NCBI GenBank assembly: GCA_016860985.1
Contig: BOKM01000001.1
Span: 591,462 to 655,461 of the forward strand
DNA from: Patescibacteria group bacterium
GTDB lineage: Bacteria > Patescibacteriota > Dojkabacteria > GCA-002793355
Length of the DNA stretch: 64,000 nt
Reading direction: 5' to 3'
Part shown: positions 61,228 to 64,000 of the stretch, piece by piece
Position numbering within the stretch: the stretch's first letter is position 1
Layout: each line of letters starts with the position of its first letter
The notes under the pieces: model-generated
What the model was told of the DNA's origin: nothing
What the model saw: only the letters and a program-made list of their open reading frames with translations
Database searches by the model: none
Program-made: the position numbers and the translations under genes

Positions 61228-61564
61228 GTGCAGTGTCGTTAAAGGTGTGTTTTATTAGTTCACTGAGTTGCAACCGAGTCTCTTTTGTTATGGCAGGGGC
61301 TTTGCAAATCCACATCCAATCATATGCCTTTAATGTCTCCTTAGTTAATGATATTCGGAGTAATGCTCGGAGCACTCGCTTTATATAATTTCGTGCGACT
61401 GCCTTTGGAACAATTTTTTTTGGCACACTTACAATTATTGTGGGCTTCGCTCCGGTAGCTGTTGCGGCAGTGGGAGTGTACAATAAAAGAATTTTTTCGT
61501 GTGAAAGTTTCGTGTTATTGGCAAGAATTCTTTGTCCAACTTTTTGTTTCTCAGAGAGTTTCAT
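61208..61564 (-). CDS. rnpA: RNase P protein component
   Basis: 118-aa basic protein. The RNR-like motif 'ARNYIKRVLRALLR' is typical of RnpA. Position upstream of yidD-yidC. Confidence 0.7.
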   Translation of the reverse strand: MKLSEKQKVGQRILANNTKLSHEKILLLYTPTAATATGAKPTIIVSVPKKIVPKAVARNYIKRVLRALLRISLTKETLKAYDWMWICKAPAITKETRLQLSELIKHTFNDTAHDKNSS

Positions 61565-61603
61565 TACGTTTGTATTTTACCATGTATCTGTTACAATTAC
61601 CGC

Positions 61604-61906
61604 ATGTTCGGACTAGAAAAATTCGGTAAAATGGCTGAAACCGTAAAGCAAGCCAAGCAACAGCAAGATAAAATGAAAGCAATTCAGGTATTCGGCGAAT
61701 CAAGGAATCACTTGGTAAAAATTCACCTGAATGGGCTGCAAGAACTTGTCAGTATTAGTATTGATGAGTCACTTTTGTCTCCAGCTAAAGCGAAAGATTT
61801 GAAAAACGATATTATGGCCGCGTATAAGGATGCCCAACAAAAACTTCAAAAAGAGTTAATGAAGGGATTAGACCTTGAGCAGATGAAAAAAATGTTAGGT
61901 ATGTAA
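61604..61906 (+). CDS. ybaB: nucleoid-associated protein YbaB/EbfC
   Basis: Start at ATG 61604. 'MFGLEKFGKMAETVKQAKQQQDKMKAIQ ... HLVKIHLNGLQELVSISIDESLL ... DIMAAYKDAQQKLQKELMKGL' matches YbaB. Directly upstream of recR. Confidence 0.8.
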   Translation: MFGLEKFGKMAETVKQAKQQQDKMKAIQVFGESRNHLVKIHLNGLQELVSISIDESLLSPAKAKDLKNDIMAAYKDAQQKLQKELMKGLDLEQMKKMLGM

Positions 61907-61909
61907 TCC

Positions 61910-62539
61910 ATGGGTGTTATACCTAAAACGCTCAAGACCCTTACACTAGAGTTACAGCGACTTCCTGGAATTGGTCCAAAATCTGCCAGAAGAATTGCAT
62001 ATTTTCTTTTTACGCTCCCACAAGATCGGTTGAGTTTTTTGGGCGAGTCGTTTCATAACCTGAAAAAAAATGTCACGGTTTGTACGTTTTGTCATATGCT
62101 TGCAGACACAAACCCTTGTGATATCTGTGGCGATGCAACAAGAGAAGTAAAAACACTGTGTGTTGTTGCAGATCATATGGATGTGTATGCAATTGAACGA
62201 ACTGCAGGATATAAAGGTATGTATTATGTATTGGGTGGCTTACTTTCTCCTGTAAAAGGTCACGGACCAGAAGAGGTTGATACAAAAGGGCTGCTTAAAA
62301 GAATTGCACAGTTAAAAAAACTTCAGCGTGGTGGTGAAAAGTTAGAAGTTATCTTTGCTTTAAGTCCAACGACCGAGGGGCAAACCACATCCCTATATAT
62401 GCGGGAAGAAATTCGAAATGAATTTGGTGAGGATGTCTCGCTTTCCAAGGTAGCAGTTGGTATTTCTGTCGGCACTGATATCGATTATGTCGATACGTAC
62501 ACACTTCAAGAGGCATTGAAAGGAAGAGGCTCCCTGTAA
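61910..62539 (+). CDS. recR: recombination protein RecR
   Basis: HhH 'LQRLPGIGPKSARRIAYFL', C4 zinc finger 'CTFCHMLADTNPCDICGD', Toprim and C-terminal regions. Confidence 0.9.
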   Translation: MGVIPKTLKTLTLELQRLPGIGPKSARRIAYFLFTLPQDRLSFLGESFHNLKKNVTVCTFCHMLADTNPCDICGDATREVKTLCVVADHMDVYAIERTAGYKGMYYVLGGLLSPVKGHGPEEVDTKGLLKRIAQLKKLQRGGEKLEVIFALSPTTEGQTTSLYMREEIRNEFGEDVSLSKVAVGISVGTDIDYVDTYTLQEALKGRGSL

Positions 62540-62611
62540 TATTTAGCAATCTTATTTGAGGCTGCTTTTACTTGCGTGAATTGTCGTATGTTGTTATACT
62601 GAAAACGAAAT

Positions 62612-63544
62612 ATGACACTGCTCACCCCCGCCGTGCTTCACTGCTCGGCTTTAGAATATGTAAAGTCCCAAGATAAGGCCTTTCACAGGCGATATATTGT
62701 CCAGTTCGCACTGATGCAGGGGCTTTGGGGGGTTATCCTTTGGATACTTGCAATGGTGTTTATTGCTTTTCCCATGGCGAATGAACTTCGTCAGACGTCT
62801 GAAAAAATCCTTACTAACGCCAATTTCTCAAGTGTCACCATAAAAGATGGAAAAGCGACAGTGGATATTAAGCCTTTGATCTGGCCATTTACCATCAGTG
62901 ATTCAGAAAGAGAACGTGTAGAGTTTGTGGTCGATACAACAGGCCATATGAATAAATTTTACTGGGATGACAGAGTCGAGAAGGGCCAAATCAAGCAAAT
63001 CAACGGAGTAGGTATTACACCAGAGTATATCTTTGCCAAAAAAGGAACGTGGATGAAGAAGATGTACTTTAAGAATATGTGCGCGGGATGCGAGGTGACG
63101 TTTACAAAACAACAGGCATATGAAAAATCGATGAATATGTTGTCTTCTGGGACAATGTTGCGTATCGCACTTTATGCTATACCTTTAGTTTTTGCAGTGT
63201 TCACACTAATCGGAGCGATTTTGCACATTATATTTATTCTCGTTGTTGGTGCTATATTAAAAGTGCTCACGAGGAATTTTGTTGCTACCAAAGGTGGTCG
63301 ATACAAAATCGCCTCTGCTTTGTATGTTGGGTGGGCGTATGTGATGGTGCTTTCGCTTATTAGTCAGAAAATACTATTGTTAACGCTTGGAGATGCCTCT
63401 CGCTTCTTTATGGTTGTTGAGACGGTTATATTTATGACGCTCGTTTTTATTGGGTACCTTTGCATCGGTTCATTTGAAAAGAATATTCATGAGTTGCCAA
63501 TTACTAAAGTGAGACGAATGGGGTATGACAAAAAGAGACGCTAG
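62612..63544 (+). CDS. hypothetical polytopic membrane protein
   Basis: 310-aa ORF with two hydrophobic clusters at the N-terminus and four at the C-terminus, and a soluble loop between them. Confidence 0.45.
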   Translation: MTLLTPAVLHCSALEYVKSQDKAFHRRYIVQFALMQGLWGVILWILAMVFIAFPMANELRQTSEKILTNANFSSVTIKDGKATVDIKPLIWPFTISDSERERVEFVVDTTGHMNKFYWDDRVEKGQIKQINGVGITPEYIFAKKGTWMKKMYFKNMCAGCEVTFTKQQAYEKSMNMLSSGTMLRIALYAIPLVFAVFTLIGAILHIIFILVVGAILKVLTRNFVATKGGRYKIASALYVGWAYVMVLSLISQKILLLTLGDASRFFMVVETVIFMTLVFIGYLCIGSFEKNIHELPITKVRRMGYDKKRR

Positions 63545-63545
63545 A

Positions 63546-64000
63546 ATGTGGGAGAAAAGGGCATCAGTTATGAATGTGCTCGGAACGGTATACACAGTTT
63601 CTTTGAGCTTTTTTGTTGTACTCTCAATGATGTTCGTTACGCTTGCCAAACAATTGCAAGAGCCGCAATACACAGAGGCAGCAGCTTGTTCTCTTCCAGC
63701 AACAATTACAACAACAATTGAATTAACACCTGAAAGCTCAGACAATATAATTGATTGTTCGGGGCAAGATATCACAGTTACTTCAACCGGAAAATTAATC
63801 ATTAAAAGTTATACTGCTGCAGATTCAAGCACCTCAAATGATGTTGGTGTTGTGCTAAAAGTTGCCAATCTTACCATCGATGCAGGTGGAGAGGTTTCTG
63901 CAGATGGCCAAGGATATATTCCAAGTGCGGTTGATGGTGGAAGCGCTGTCGCATCGACAGGAGTGGCTGCAGGTTCTGGTGGTGGTCATGGTGGTGCAGG
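63546..64000 (+). CDS. glycine-rich repeat protein, partial (3' truncated by window edge); paralogue of the 1597-aa protein
   Basis: ORF open to the window end. 'MWEKRASVMNVLGTVYTVSLSFFVVLSMMFVTLA' signal anchor, then 'TSTGKLIIKS ... DAGGEVSADGQGYIPSAVDGGSAVASTGVAAGSGGGHGGAG' has the same motif as 'EKGF.PGYGTGKG..GNGAGGG.YGGGGG' in the 52835-57604 product. Confidence 0.5.
   Translation, partial: MWEKRASVMNVLGTVYTVSLSFFVVLSMMFVTLAKQLQEPQYTEAAACSLPATITTTIELTPESSDNIIDCSGQDITVTSTGKLIIKSYTAADSSTSNDVGVVLKVANLTIDAGGEVSADGQGYIPSAVDGGSAVASTGVAAGSGGGHGGA

Overview
This 64 kb window looks like it comes from a small-genome, possibly CPR-like bacterium, at about 42% GC. The lineage inference rests on the unusual 16S and is weak.

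Housekeeping genes on the left flank include an RSH C-terminal fragment, Nramp-like transporter, SAM methyltransferase, long-form adenylate-kinase-like protein, SanA, an SPFH protein, Fmt-like formyltransferase, ABC exporter, tRNA-Gly, O-antigen-ligase/TPR protein, LeuRS, endonuclease IV and ComEC.

A five-gene minus-strand operon encodes a GNAT protein, three RimK-type ATP-grasp ligases and a multi-pass membrane protein. One ligase carries a RimK-like N-terminal domain (RLAN) and a C-terminal retropepsin-like domain. A CYTH protein is transcribed divergently, and a tRNA-Arg follows it with a duplicated 3' end.

The centre of the window is a 12.4 kb gene for a 4135-aa secreted mosaic protein with several internal repeat systems, followed by an NHL-repeat surface protein.

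Next is an rRNA operon (16S, tRNA-Ile, tRNA-Ala, 23S) with a strong sigma70-like promoter. The 16S has a strikingly divergent 530-loop. The 5S gene is unlinked, about 10 kb downstream, with its own promoter and terminator.

A second surface-protein locus follows the rRNA operon. It holds a Cys-rich 550-aa protein, a 318-aa membrane-anchored protein, and a 1597-aa glycine-rich protein built from four copies of an approximately 330-aa repeat, with a partial paralogue at the window end. A convergent GH18 hydrolase sits beside it.

The right flank carries rnpA-yidD-yidC and ybaB-recR. I found no CRISPR array, reverse transcriptase, integrase or transposase.

The most system-like novelties are the multi-ATP-grasp/GNAT/7TM amidoligase operon and the two giant surface-protein loci flanking the rRNA operon.
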